A stretch of DNA of 64,000 nucleotides from Christensenellales bacterium (lineage in GTDB: Bacteria; Bacillota; Clostridia; Christensenellales; UBA1431): the NCBI GenBank assembly GCA_040772545.1, contig JAXGXY010000002.1, positions 82,841-146,840 on the forward strand, given 5' to 3'. Position 1 is the first letter of the stretch, and the number at the start of each line of letters is the position of its first letter. The notes beneath the pieces are model-generated. The model saw nothing but the letters and a program-made list of their open reading frames with translations. It was not told the DNA's origin and ran no database searches. A program made the translations under genes and the position numbers. Positions 1 through 9,649 of this stretch are shown piece after piece.

Positions 1-603
1 AGAGTCATCGGGTTTTTTGCGCGCATCGAACCGGTGAAAGGCCACCGCATTTTCCTTAGCGCGTTACGGGAACTGGTTAGTGAGAGGCAGGACGTCCTGT
101 GCCTGATGGCCGGGGCCAACATGGGCATGGAGGACGACTATGCCCGCCGGGTGATGGACGACATCCGCGAACTGGGGCTGGAGCGTTTTGTATGCTGCCT
201 CGGCTTCCGCGACGACGTGATCCGCCTGATCACGCTGTGCGACATCGTGGTCCTCCCCTCCGAAAAGGAGGGGATCCCGAGGGTCCTCATGGAGGCCATG
301 GCGCTGGGCAAGCCGGTCGTCGCCACCGACGTGCCGGGGACGCGCGAGCTCGTAGAAGACGAAAAGACGGGCCTGCTCGCGCCCTACGGCGACCCGGCGG
401 CGCTTGCCTCGGCGATGGACCGCCTGCTGAGGGACGGGGAACTCGCTTCGAGGCTGCGCGAAGCGGCGCGGCTCAGGGTCGAGCGGGAATTCGACGAAAG
501 ACTGGTCATCGGGCGTCTGGAAGCGGTCTACCGCGACGCGCTCGAACGGGGCGCCAAGGCGACGCCGGGATGTGACGGAGGGACGGCATGCAAACCATAC
601 TGA
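1..603 (+). CDS. glycosyltransferase family 4 (GT-B fold), C-terminal part; 5' end outside window
   Basis: Frame-1 ORF open from the window edge to TGA 601-603. 'PSEKEGIPRVLMEAMALGKPVVATDVPGTRELVEDEKTGLL' is the typical GT4 E-x7-E donor-binding region. Confidence 0.8.
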   Translation, partial: RVIGFFARIEPVKGHRIFLSALRELVSERQDVLCLMAGANMGMEDDYARRVMDDIRELGLERFVCCLGFRDDVIRLITLCDIVVLPSEKEGIPRVLMEAMALGKPVVATDVPGTRELVEDEKTGLLAPYGDPAALASAMDRLLRDGELASRLREAARLRVEREFDERLVIGRLEAVYRDALERGAKATPGCDGGTACKPY

Positions 604-1457
604 TAACGGGGTGCAGGGGGCAGTTGGGCCTGGAGCTGACCAGGCAGCTCGGCGCCGACTGCCGCCTGATCCTTGTCGACATCGAGGAGCTGGACATCAC
701 CGATTCGGCCGCTGTATTCGACCAGGTGAAAAAGGCCGAGCCGGACGCTGTCATCAACTGCGCCGCCTACACCAACGTGGACGCGTGCGAGCACAACGTC
801 GACCTCGCCTACAGGGTCAACGCCATGGGCGCGCGCAACCTCGCGTGCGCGTCCTTCGAAGCGGGCGCGAAGATGGTGCAGATCTCCACGGATTACGTGT
901 TCAGCGGCGAGGGCGTAGGCGACGAGGACGGCTCGGTCCGGGCGTACGTGGAGAACGACAGGCCGGGGCCTATCAACGTGTACGGGAAGTCGAAGCTGGC
1001 GGGCGAGGAGATGGTACGCGCGCACAACCCGCGCCACCTTATATTCAGGACGGCCTGGCTCTTCGGCGAGGGCGCCAACTTCGTAAGGACGATGCTCAGG
1101 CTGGCAAAGGACCACGATTCGATCACGGTGGTAAACGACCAGTGGGGCAATCCGACCAGCACGAAGGAGCTGGCCAGGCTCATCATCGACGTGATGCGGC
1201 GTCCCGAGTACGGGGTCTTCCACGCCACCTGCGAGGGCGTGTGCACCTGGTACGAATTCGCCTGCGAGATCTTCCGCGTCAGGGGCCTTGAAACCAGGGT
1301 CGTGCCCTGCACGAGCGCCGAATACCCGCGTCCGGCGCCGAGGCCGCGGTATTCCATGCTGGACAACCGCGCGGCGCGTTTATGCGGCGCGTATTCGATG
1401 GCGCACTGGAAAGACGCCCTTGCCGAGTACCTAAAGGCGCAGGAGGGACCATGCTGA
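588..1457 (+). CDS. rfbD: dTDP-4-dehydrorhamnose reductase
   Basis: 289 aa. 'ILITGCRGQLG' Rossmann motif, 'STDYVF', 'YGKSKLAGE' (YxxxK). Start overlaps the upstream stop; sits beside rfbB/A/C. Confidence 0.9.
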   Translation: MQTILITGCRGQLGLELTRQLGADCRLILVDIEELDITDSAAVFDQVKKAEPDAVINCAAYTNVDACEHNVDLAYRVNAMGARNLACASFEAGAKMVQISTDYVFSGEGVGDEDGSVRAYVENDRPGPINVYGKSKLAGEEMVRAHNPRHLIFRTAWLFGEGANFVRTMLRLAKDHDSITVVNDQWGNPTSTKELARLIIDVMRRPEYGVFHATCEGVCTWYEFACEIFRVRGLETRVVPCTSAEYPRPAPRPRYSMLDNRAARLCGAYSMAHWKDALAEYLKAQEGPC

Positions 1458-2518
1458 CGTATCTGGTGACCGGCGGCGCCGGATTCATAGGCTCGAACTA
1501 TGTAAGGCACGTGCTCCGAAACACGGAGGACGTGCGGGTCATCAACGTCGACGCGCTCACGTACGCGGGCAACCTTGAAAACCTTAAGGGGCTCGAAGGC
1601 ATGCCGCGCTACGCCTTTGTCCGGGCGGACATCTGCGACGCGGACGCGCTGGGCGGGGTTTTTTGCCGCAACGACGTGGACGTCGTCGTGCATTTCGCGG
1701 CCGAAAGCCATGTGGACCGCAGCATCGAGGAACCGGACGTGTTCGTCCGCACCAACGTGCTCGGGACGCTGAACCTGCTCAACGCCGCGCTTGGCGCCTG
1801 GGAAAGCGGGGGCATGGAAGGCAAAAAGTTCGTGCACGTCTCCACCGACGAGGTGTACGGGTCGCTGGGGCCGGCGGGGTATTTCACGGAAGAGACGCCG
1901 CTTGACCCGCACAGCCCGTATTCGGCGAGCAAGGCGGCGTCCGATCTGCTGGTCAAGGCCTACGGCGACACCTACGGCCTGCCCGTGAACATCACGCGGT
2001 GCTCCAACAACTACGGCCCGTACCAGTTCCCCGAAAAGCTCATCCCCCTGATGCTCAACAACGCGCTGTGCAACAGGCCGCTGCCGGTATACGGCGAGGG
2101 CCTGAACGTGCGCGACTGGCTCTACGTCGGGGACCACTGCGCGGCCGTCGAACTCGTGGCGCGCAAAGGGAAGCCGGGCGAGGTCTACAACATCGGAGGG
2201 CACAACGAAAAGACCAACATCGAAATCGTGCGCCTTATCCTGGCGGCGCTCAAAGAGATGCTTTTACAAAGCGACCCGCGCCGGGCCCATATCACGGAGG
2301 ACCTCATCACGTTCGTAAAGGACAGGAAAGGCCACGACCTGCGCTACGCGATCGACCCTTCGAAGATCAGGCGCGAGCTGGGCTGGGAGCCGAAGACGGC
2401 GTTTGAAGAGGGCCTTCGCGGCACGATCGCCTGGTACCTCGACAACGAAGACTGGCTCAGGCACGTGACCAGCGGGGAGTACACGCGCTATTACGAGCGC
2501 ATGTACGGCGGCAGATGA
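1451..2518 (+). CDS. rfbB: dTDP-glucose 4,6-dehydratase
   Basis: ATG at 1451 preceded by AGGAGGG; earlier in-frame ATG 1382 rejected. '[14 protein letters not shown]', 'STDEVYG', '[10 protein letters not shown]' are RmlB hallmarks. Confidence 0.92.
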   Translation: MLTYLVTGGAGFIGSNYVRHVLRNTEDVRVINVDALTYAGNLENLKGLEGMPRYAFVRADICDADALGGVFCRNDVDVVVHFAAESHVDRSIEEPDVFVRTNVLGTLNLLNAALGAWESGGMEGKKFVHVSTDEVYGSLGPAGYFTEETPLDPHSPYSASKAASDLLVKAYGDTYGLPVNITRCSNNYGPYQFPEKLIPLMLNNALCNRPLPVYGEGLNVRDWLYVGDHCAAVELVARKGKPGEVYNIGGHNEKTNIEIVRLILAALKEMLLQSDPRRAHITEDLITFVKDRKGHDLRYAIDPSKIRRELGWEPKTAFEEGLRGTIAWYLDNEDWLRHVTSGEYTRYYERMYGGR

Positions 2519-2538
2519 CCTTACGGTGGGAGGGGAAC

Positions 2539-3411
2539 ATGAAAGGAATCATACTCGCGGGGGGCGCGGGCACGAGGCTCTATCCCGCGACCATGGCGAT
2601 CTCCAAACAGATCCTGCCCGTTTTCGACAAGCCGATGATCTACTATCCGCTCTCGGTCCTGATGCTGGCCGGAATAAGGGAAGTGCTCATCATCTCGACG
2701 CCGCGCGACATCGGCCTGTTCAAGGACCTGTTCGGGGACGGTTCCCAGCTCGGGATGCGTTTCGCGTACGCCGTACAGCCCGAGCCGAGGGGCCTTGCGG
2801 ACGCGTTCATCATCGGCGAAGCGTTCATCGGAAGCGATCCGGTCGCGCTTATACTGGGCGACAACATCTTCTACGGGCACGGTTTGAGCGGGCTGCTGAA
2901 GAAGACGGCGAAAAACGGCGACTGCGCGACGATCTTCGGGCTTTACGCCAAGGACCCCGCCAGGTTCGGCGTCGTGGAGTTCGACGACGCGGGGAACGTG
3001 GTCTCCATCGAGGAAAAGCCCAAGCGCCCGAAATCGAACTACATCGTTCCCGGCCTGTATTTCTACCCGAACGAAGTGGTCGGGATCGCCAAGAACATAG
3101 AGCCGTCCGACCGCGGCGAGATCGAGATCACCGCCGTGAACAACGAGTTCCTGCGGCTGGGCAGGCTGCGCGTAGAGCTCCTGGGACGCGGCATGGCCTG
3201 GCTGGACACCGGCACGCACGAGAGCCTGATGGACGCGTCCAACTTCGTGGCCGCGATCCAGAACACGCAGGCCGTATACGTGGCCTGCATAGAGGAGATC
3301 GCCTACCAGCAGGGGTACATCGACGCGGAAACGCTCAGGAAAAGGGCGCTGGCCCTCGGGAAGACGGCGTACGCGGAATACATCCTCCGGGTGATCGACG
3401 AGGGGACATAG
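2539..3411 (+). CDS. rfbA: glucose-1-phosphate thymidylyltransferase
   Basis: '[36 protein letters not shown]' is the canonical RmlA N-terminus. ATG 2539 follows GGGAGGGG. Confidence 0.93.
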   Translation: MKGIILAGGAGTRLYPATMAISKQILPVFDKPMIYYPLSVLMLAGIREVLIISTPRDIGLFKDLFGDGSQLGMRFAYAVQPEPRGLADAFIIGEAFIGSDPVALILGDNIFYGHGLSGLLKKTAKNGDCATIFGLYAKDPARFGVVEFDDAGNVVSIEEKPKRPKSNYIVPGLYFYPNEVVGIAKNIEPSDRGEIEITAVNNEFLRLGRLRVELLGRGMAWLDTGTHESLMDASNFVAAIQNTQAVYVACIEEIAYQQGYIDAETLRKRALALGKTAYAEYILRVIDEGT

Positions 3412-3423
3412 GGAGGCAGCATT

Positions 3424-4002
3424 ATGGGCAGATTCACTTTCGAAGAGACCGGAATAAACGGCGTATACATCATCGACCCGCCGGTGTTTACGGACGCGCG
3501 CGGGTTTTTCATGGAGTTCTACAACGGCCGCGACTTCACGGAAGCCGGGCTTAAAGTGACCTTCGTACAGGACAATCATTCGCTGTCCGCTAAGGGCGTT
3601 TTGAGGGGGCTCCACCTGCAGGCCGGGCATCCGCAGGGCAAGCTCGTGCGCGTGCTGAGGGGCGAGGTCTTCGACGTGGCGGTTGACGTGCGCGAGGATT
3701 CCCCGACCTTCGGCAAATGGACGGGCATGATCCTTTCCGGGGAAAACAGGCGCCAGCTCTACATCCCGCCGGGGCTGGCGCACGGGTTCCTCGTGCTCTC
3801 CGACGATGCGGAGTTCATGTACAAGTGCACGGATTTCTATTATCCCGAGGACGAATGCGGCATCATTTGGAACGACCCGGACCTGAACATTAAATGGCCG
3901 TTGCCCGAAGGCGGCGCGCCGCTGCTGTCCAAAAAAGACATGGCCTGGGGCACGTTCAAGGATTTCATCGGCCGCGTCGGCGGCCGGGGAGGCCCGGTTT
4001 GA
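3424..4002 (+). CDS. rfbC: dTDP-4-dehydrorhamnose 3,5-epimerase
   Basis: 192 aa cupin. 'FVQDNHSLSAKGVLRGLHLQ', 'KLVRVLRGEVFDVAVD', 'LYIPPGLAHGF' are RmlC motifs. Confidence 0.92.
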   Translation: MGRFTFEETGINGVYIIDPPVFTDARGFFMEFYNGRDFTEAGLKVTFVQDNHSLSAKGVLRGLHLQAGHPQGKLVRVLRGEVFDVAVDVREDSPTFGKWTGMILSGENRRQLYIPPGLAHGFLVLSDDAEFMYKCTDFYYPEDECGIIWNDPDLNIKWPLPEGGAPLLSKKDMAWGTFKDFIGRVGGRGGPV

Positions 4003-4976
4003 AGAAGGTTCTCGTGACAGGCTGCGCGGGGTTCATCGGTTCGCATGTCTGCGAGGCGCTGCTCCTGCGCGGAGTGGACGTGGCGGGCGTCGACGACCTC
4101 GACGAATACTACGACGTGGCCATGAAACACGACAATCTCGCGCAGTTGAGGGCGGCGGCGTCGGGCGGCGCGCGGTTCTACTTTGTCAAGGCCGACGTCT
4201 GCGACGAGAAGGCGGTGGCGGCGGCGTTTTCGGAACACGCGCCGCAGGCCGTGGTGCATATGGCCGCGCTGGCCGGGGTGCGATCCTCCGTGAAACATCC
4301 GGCGCGGTATGCGCGCGTAAACGTTGAGGGGACGGTCACGCTCCTCGAAGCCTGCCGGAAAAACGCCGTGCGGCGGTTCGTCTACGCGTCGTCGTCGTCG
4401 GTGTACGGCAACGCCGAAAAGGTCCCGACCGCGGAGGAAGACCGGACGGACCGGCCGCTCTCGCCCTACGCCGCGACCAAAAAGGCGGCGGAGCTCATGT
4501 GCCGCGCGTACTGCGAGCTGTGGGGGATGCGCGCGGCCTGCCTGCGTTTCTTCACCGTTTACGGGGAAAGGCAGCGGCCCGACCTTGCCATACACAAGTT
4601 CGCCCGGCTGATGCTGGCCGGCATGGAGATCCCCGTGTTCGGGCCGGGCGACACCGCCCGCGACTACACCTACATAGCGGACGCGGCGCGCGGCGTGATG
4701 TCGGCGCTGGACTGGACCGCCGCGCCGGGCGGGGCCTTTGAGGTTTTCAACCTGGGGAGCGGGCGGCCCGTCGCGCTCAACGACATGATCACCGTCCTCG
4801 AGGGCGCGCTGGGGACGGTCGCGCGCGTCGCCCGCCTTCCCCTGCAATCCACGGACCCGCGCGTCACCTTCGCCGACATCTCAAAAGCCCGGCGCGTGCT
4901 GGGGTACGAACCGTCCACGCCTTTTGAGGAAGGGATCGAAAGGTTCGTTGCCTGGGCGCTATCGCGGCGCCCGTGA
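3999..4976 (+). CDS. NAD-dependent epimerase/dehydratase, UDP-glucuronate 4-epimerase-like
   Basis: Probable TTG start at 3999, overlapping the rfbC stop (TTGA). 'VLVTGCAGFIGSH', 'YASSSSVYG', 'SPYAATKKAAE', 'LRFFTVYG' align by eye with the Cap1J/UGlcAE family. Confidence 0.75.
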   Translation: MKKVLVTGCAGFIGSHVCEALLLRGVDVAGVDDLDEYYDVAMKHDNLAQLRAAASGGARFYFVKADVCDEKAVAAAFSEHAPQAVVHMAALAGVRSSVKHPARYARVNVEGTVTLLEACRKNAVRRFVYASSSSVYGNAEKVPTAEEDRTDRPLSPYAATKKAAELMCRAYCELWGMRAACLRFFTVYGERQRPDLAIHKFARLMLAGMEIPVFGPGDTARDYTYIADAARGVMSALDWTAAPGGAFEVFNLGSGRPVALNDMITVLEGALGTVARVARLPLQSTDPRVTFADISKARRVLGYEPSTPFEEGIERFVAWALSRRP

Positions 4977-5025
4977 CCCGCGGCACCGCCTTTTTATAAA
5001 TCAATGCGATTAGGGAATTCCGCCC

Positions 5026-5076
5026 GGAACAACCGGCGCACCTTTCGGTTTGCGCCGCTTGTTCCGTATTTGTTTC
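5026..5076 (+). terminator. intrinsic terminator after the rml/epimerase operon
   Basis: Hairpin GGAACAACCGGCGCA...TGCGCCGCTTGTTCC (14/15 paired) followed by a T-rich GTATTTGTTTCT. Confidence 0.6.
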
Positions 5077-5170
5077 TGCCGTATTGTGAAAGTCGCACGT
5101 TTTATGATACTATAAGACGAATATTATGTTTGGTATTTCTTATTTGAACCGCCAAAACGGAGGTACTGTC

Positions 5171-8100
5171 ATGGGTACTCTGGATTTATATCTTCAACAG
5201 TTGAAAAAGGACGAGTCGTTTCGGGGGTATTTCGGCCTCGTCCGCATGCACGGGTCCAAGGTCGCATCGGAAATCCTCGAAGGCGATACCATAAAGAAAA
5301 TCACGTACGCTGAGCAGGTGACATACTGCTATGAGACGGCCAGGCGCATCAGCGAGAGGGTGCACGCCGAGGCGGGGACGCGCTTTGTGGGATTAAGGAT
5401 GGGCAACGGCCCGATGTGGCCGGTGATGTTCTGGGGAATCGTCATGGCCGGCCTGAACCCGATCCTTATCGACGTGCGCTACCAGCCGGAACAGGCCGAC
5501 CACCTGCTCCGCCAGGTGAACGCGCTCGCATTGTTCACCGACGACGCTAGCTTCGACGTCGCGGCCTGCCAGTGCATCCCGGTAAGCGAGGTGCTCGACG
5601 ACAGCGGCGGGGAGTGCGCGTACGAGCCCAGATGGGCCACGCATTACGCGCTGTGCACCTCGGGGACGACCGCCACGTCCAAGGTCTACTATTACGAGGC
5701 GAAGACGCTCTGCCAACAGGTGAGCTGCATCGGCTCGCTGACCAAGGACTTCGCCTATACCGACGCGCCCTACAAATCCCTCGCTTTTTTGCCGTTCCAT
5801 CACGTGTTCGGCCTTTTGACCGTCTTTTTCCTCTGCAACCTCTTCGGCGGGACGATCGTGTACCTCAGCGAACTCACGCCCAACGTGATCCTGAACGCCT
5901 GCAGGCGCCACAGGGTCACGCACATCTTCACGGTGCCGCTATTCTGGAACAACATCGCGCAGAACGTGATGCGCAAGGCGAAGCTGGGCGGGCCGGAGCG
6001 CGAGGCCATGCTGCAAAAGCTGATACGCGTAAGCACGATGATCCAGCGGCGCTTCCCGCGGATCGGGCGGAAAATAGTGAGCCGTTTCGTGGCCGGGAAG
6101 GTTCAGGACGCGCTATTAGGGCGCGACATACGCCTCACGATCACGGGGGGCGGGCACATCCTGCCCGAGGCGATGAAGCTCATCAACGTGCTGGGATACC
6201 AGCTAGTAAACGGCTTCGGCATGACCGAGATCGGCATCACCTCGGTGGAGACCACCACCGATTTCGACCTTCGCAACGCCGCCTCGACGGGCAAGCCGAT
6301 GCCCCGCGTGGAATACTACGTCCAGACCGACGAGGGGATCAAAACCGAAGGCGTGGGGGAACTGCTGATAAAGACCGCGTATATCCATACCGGGCGGTAT
6401 ATCGACGGCAAGGACATCGGGTGCGAGGCCGACGATAATGGGTACTTCCACACCGGCGACGTGGGCCGCATCGACAGCACGGGCCGCCTCTGGCTGGAAG
6501 GGCGCCTCAAGGAAGTCATCATCAACGAATCAGGCGAAAACGTGTACCCGGACGAACTCGAGGACGCGTTCCTCGAACTCCCCCACACCGAGCAGATGTG
6601 CGTGACCGGCATCGACACCGGCGGGACATACGAGCAGATCACCCTGGTGCTGCACCTGGGGGACGCGCTCGGCGACAACGAGCGCATCGCCGAGCTGGCG
6701 GAGGCTTTTTCGAAGGCGAACGCGCCGCTGCCCGTATACAAGAAGGTGCAAAGGGTCATCGTCGCGCACGAACCGCTTCCGCTGGCCAGCGGGATCAAGG
6801 TGGCGCGCCAGCGGCTGCGGCGCATGATCGAGCAGGGCGCCGTCGCGTTCGACGAACTGGACGTGCGTGGGGGCCGGCTCATACTGGCCGCGGGGAAGGT
6901 GCAGGCCCCCGAGGTGCTGTCCGCCGGGGTGGAGGAGGCGGACCTCAGGGCCATCAAGGACGAGATCAAGGCCATTTTTGCCGAGGTGCTCTCCCTCAGG
7001 CCCGAGGACATATCCGACACCGCCCATTTCATCAACGACCTGGGGGGCGACAGCCTGTCCAGCCTGGCCGTGTTCATCAAGGCGGAGGAAAAATACGGCC
7101 TGCTCATCAGCGACACGGACTACTACGGCTGCGAGAACGTGAACGACCTGGCCGAACTGATGTACGCAAAGCTCAGGGGGGACAGGGCCGCGCCGCAGAA
7201 GGCCGCTGAGGCGCCGCGGCAGGTCCGCCGCGTCGAGACGTTCGAACAGTCGCGCGAGCACGACGAATTCATGGTCCAGCTCAAGATCGCGGAAGTGGTG
7301 GGGAACCCGTTTTTCATCGCGCACGACTCGGTGCTCAGGGACACGTCGGTCGTGGGCGGCAGGCGCGTTTTCAACTTCGGGTCCTACAACTACCTGGGCC
7401 TGTCGGGGCATCCCGAGACGATGCGCGCCGCCATCGAAGCGATCGGGGAATACGGCACGTCGGCGAGCGGGAGCCGCCTGATCGCGGGCGAGAAGACGCT
7501 TTATAAGGAACTCGAGAAAACGATCGCCGAGTGGAAGCACACCGAGGACGCGCTGGTGCTGGTGGGCGGGCATTCCACCAACGTGACCTTCGTGGGGAAC
7601 TTCTGCAACAAGCGCGACCTGATCCTCTACGACGCGCTCTCCCACAACTCGGTCACGCAGGGCTGCCAGCTCTCCCCGGCCGAGACAAAGGCCTTCCCCC
7701 ACAACGACTACGAAGCGCTCGAAGGCATCCTCAGGGCCAACCGCGACCGGTACGAAAAGGTGCTCATCGTCGTGGAGGGCGTGTACAGCATGGACGGCGA
7801 CATCGCGCCGGTCAAAGAGTTCGTCCGGCTCAAACGCGAGTACGGCGCGTTTTTGATGGTGGACGAGGCGCACTCGAGCTGCGTGATCGGCGAGAAGGGC
7901 GGCGGGGTGGACGAGTACTTCGGGCTGGCGCCCGACGACATCGACATCAAGATGGGGACGCTGAGCAAGGGCCTGGGCACCTGCGGGGGCTATCTGGCGG
8001 GCAAGCGGTCCATGATCGACTATCTGCGCTACAACGTCCCGGGCTTCGTGTTCTCGGTGGGGATCAGCCCGCCGCTTGCCGCGGCGGCCAAGCGGGCGAT

Positions 8101-8446
8101 CGAGCTGCTGGGGGAGAACCCGCAACTGGTGAAGAACCTGCAGGCGAACATCCGCGCGTTCGTGGAGGCCGCCAAGGCGAAGGGGTTCAACACCTGCCTC
8201 GCGAAGGAATCGTCCATCATCCCGATATTCGTCGGCAGGGACGAGGACGCGGCGCTGCTCAGCCGCCTGATGCTCGAAAACGGCGTGTTCGTGCCGCCGG
8301 CCGTGTTCCCTGCGGTCCCCCGCAACCAGGCGCGGCTCAGGTTCTGCGTTACCAGCGAGCACAACGAAGGGCAGATAAAAACAGCCCTCGACACGCTCGA
8401 GAGGCTCGCGGGAGAACAGGGCATCAACCTGACAAAAACGGCCTGA
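5171..8446 (+). CDS. tri-domain fusion: AMP-dependent acyl ligase (FAAL/acyl-ACP synthetase-like) + acyl carrier protein + alpha-oxoamine synthase (8-amino-7-oxononanoate synthase / serine palmitoyltransferase family)
   Basis: ATG 5171 with GGAGG 7 nt upstream. Adenylation motifs: 'TSGTTATSK', 'GFGMTE', 'HTGDVGRIDSTGRLWLEGRLKE'. ACP motif 'DLGGDSLSSL' (DNA ~7041-7061). AOS part: 'NFGSYNYLGLSGHP', 'VEGVYSMDGD', 'VDEAHS', PLP-lysine motif 'GTLSKGLG' (~7954-7977). Confidence 0.85.
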   Translation: MGTLDLYLQQLKKDESFRGYFGLVRMHGSKVASEILEGDTIKKITYAEQVTYCYETARRISERVHAEAGTRFVGLRMGNGPMWPVMFWGIVMAGLNPILIDVRYQPEQADHLLRQVNALALFTDDASFDVAACQCIPVSEVLDDSGGECAYEPRWATHYALCTSGTTATSKVYYYEAKTLCQQVSCIGSLTKDFAYTDAPYKSLAFLPFHHVFGLLTVFFLCNLFGGTIVYLSELTPNVILNACRRHRVTHIFTVPLFWNNIAQNVMRKAKLGGPEREAMLQKLIRVSTMIQRRFPRIGRKIVSRFVAGKVQDALLGRDIRLTITGGGHILPEAMKLINVLGYQLVNGFGMTEIGITSVETTTDFDLRNAASTGKPMPRVEYYVQTDEGIKTEGVGELLIKTAYIHTGRYIDGKDIGCEADDNGYFHTGDVGRIDSTGRLWLEGRLKEVIINESGENVYPDELEDAFLELPHTEQMCVTGIDTGGTYEQITLVLHLGDALGDNERIAELAEAFSKANAPLPVYKKVQRVIVAHEPLPLASGIKVARQRLRRMIEQGAVAFDELDVRGGRLILAAGKVQAPEVLSAGVEEADLRAIKDEIKAIFAEVLSLRPEDISDTAHFINDLGGDSLSSLAVFIKAEEKYGLLISDTDYYGCENVNDLAELMYAKLRGDRAAPQKAAEAPRQVRRVETFEQSREHDEFMVQLKIAEVVGNPFFIAHDSVLRDTSVVGGRRVFNFGSYNYLGLSGHPETMRAAIEAIGEYGTSASGSRLIAGEKTLYKELEKTIAEWKHTEDALVLVGGHSTNVTFVGNFCNKRDLILYDALSHNSVTQGCQLSPAETKAFPHNDYEALEGILRANRDRYEKVLIVVEGVYSMDGDIAPVKEFVRLKREYGAFLMVDEAHSSCVIGEKGGGVDEYFGLAPDDIDIKMGTLSKGLGTCGGYLAGKRSMIDYLRYNVPGFVFSVGISPPLAAAAKRAIELLGENPQLVKNLQANIRAFVEAAKAKGFNTCLAKESSIIPIFVGRDEDAALLSRLMLENGVFVPPAVFPAVPRNQARLRFCVTSEHNEGQIKTALDTLERLAGEQGINLTKTA

Positions 8447-8478
8447 CGGCCGGGGCGGGACAACGACGACGGGGGTGT

Positions 8479-9468
8479 ATGAGCATGGGCTGTGTGATGG
8501 TGGCCGGCGGCGCCGGATACATCGGGAGCCACGCCGTGCGCGAACTGCGGCGGGCGGGACGGTGCGTCGCCGTGCTCGACAACCTGAGCACCGGGCACCG
8601 GGCCGCCGTGGAGGGCGCCGAGTTTTTAGAGGCGGACATCCGGGACACGGACGCCGTGTACGAGGCGCTAAAGGCCTATGAGGCGGAGGCGGTGATGCAT
8701 TTTGCCGCCGACAGCCGGGTGGGCGAGTCGCAGGTTGACCCCGAAAAATACTACGGCAACAACGTCTGCGGCACGTTCAGCCTGCTCTCGGCCATGCGCC
8801 GCGCGGGCGTGAACAGGCTGGTGTTTTCCTCGACAGCGGCGGTGTACGGGGACGCGAAAGGCCTCATCACGGAGGAGTACCCGAAACGGCCGGCCAACGT
8901 ATACGGCCGCACCAAGTGGATGATCGAGCAGATGCTCGCGGACTTCGACGCGGCCTACGGCCTGAAGGCCGTCGCGCTGCGCTACTTCAACGCCGCCGGC
9001 GCGGACCCGGAGGGCGGCATCGGCGAGGACCACAGGCCCGAGACGCACCTGATCCCGCTGGTGCTGCGGGCCGCGGTCAACAGGGAGCCGCTGACGGTGT
9101 TCGGGGACGACTACCCGACGCGCGACGGCACCTGCGTGCGCGACTACATCCACGTCAGCGACCTCGCCTCGGCGCACCTATTAGCGCTCGAAGCGCTGGA
9201 GGGCGGGGAGGGGAGCCGCGCGTACAACCTCGGCAACGGGAAAGGGTTTTCCGTGCTGGAGGTCATACGGGCGGCAGAGCGCGTGACCGGGAGGAAGGTG
9301 CCCTTCGCCGTCGGCGCGCGCAGGCCCGGCGACCCGCCGAGCCTGGTGGCCGACAGCTCGGGCATCGTGCGCGAACTGGGGTACGCCCCGCGTCACGCCG
9401 CCCTCGAGGACATCATCTTAACGGCCTGGCGGTTCCATCAAAGCCACGAGAACGGGTACGGGGACTAA
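8479..9468 (+). CDS. galE: UDP-glucose 4-epimerase
   Basis: C-terminal 330 codons of the 645-aa ORF. 'VMVAGGAGYIGSH', 'SSTAAVYG', 'YGRTKWMIE', 'LRYFNAAGA', 'DGTCVRDYIHVSDLA'. Start is 8479, 8485 or 8497 (ambiguous). Confidence 0.9.
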   Translation: MSMGCVMVAGGAGYIGSHAVRELRRAGRCVAVLDNLSTGHRAAVEGAEFLEADIRDTDAVYEALKAYEAEAVMHFAADSRVGESQVDPEKYYGNNVCGTFSLLSAMRRAGVNRLVFSSTAAVYGDAKGLITEEYPKRPANVYGRTKWMIEQMLADFDAAYGLKAVALRYFNAAGADPEGGIGEDHRPETHLIPLVLRAAVNREPLTVFGDDYPTRDGTCVRDYIHVSDLASAHLLALEALEGGEGSRAYNLGNGKGFSVLEVIRAAERVTGRKVPFAVGARRPGDPPSLVADSSGIVRELGYAPRHAALEDIILTAWRFHQSHENGYGD

Positions 9469-9516
9469 GCCCGGGCGCCCCGGGGCTCAGGTCTTCCGGC
9501 CGGACGGACAACGGCG

Positions 9517-9541
9517 ATCCGCGGAAAAGTTTTCCGCGGAT
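9517..9541 (+). terminator. hairpin after galE
   Basis: ATCCGCGGAAAAgtTTTTCCGCGGAT perfect stem. The trailing tract is only weakly T-rich. Confidence 0.45.
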
Positions 9542-9575
9542 TCTTCATGTGTTCCGGTGCTCCGCCGCCTTGCGG

Positions 9576-9605
9576 TTGCTAAAGGCCGGCGCATGCATAT
9601 ATAAT
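9576..9605 (+). promoter_or_regulatory. sigma-A-type promoter candidate for the DegV gene
   Basis: TTGCTA (9576-9581), 17-18 nt spacer, then ATATAAT (9599-9605). Confidence 0.45.
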
Positions 9606-9649
9606 GTATATACAAAAAAATGCCGGATGCGCTCGCAAGGAGGGGGAAC

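Noticed and set aside
893-2203. Long antisense or out-of-frame ORFs throughout the GC-rich coding regions. Examples: 893-2203(-), 2521-3783(-), 6530-8362(-), 9545-11824(-), 16422-18668(-), 19122-21026(-), 33158-34297(-), 36679-38073(-), 44381-45547(-), 57158-58555(-).
   Set aside because: Each overlaps a gene with clear family motifs on the other strand or frame. Their translations are Arg/Pro/Gly/Ala-rich low-complexity strings typical of shadow ORFs in high-GC DNA.
5084-5116. Sigma-A promoter for the tri-domain gene (TTGTGA ... TATGAT/TATAAG).
   Set aside because: The spacings are 13 and 21 nt, and neither is acceptable. The promoter is left unassigned.
7531-8478. N-terminal 316 codons of the 645-aa ORF that ends as galE.
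   Set aside because: This part is out of frame over the AOS domain of the tri-domain gene. GalE homology begins only at 8479.
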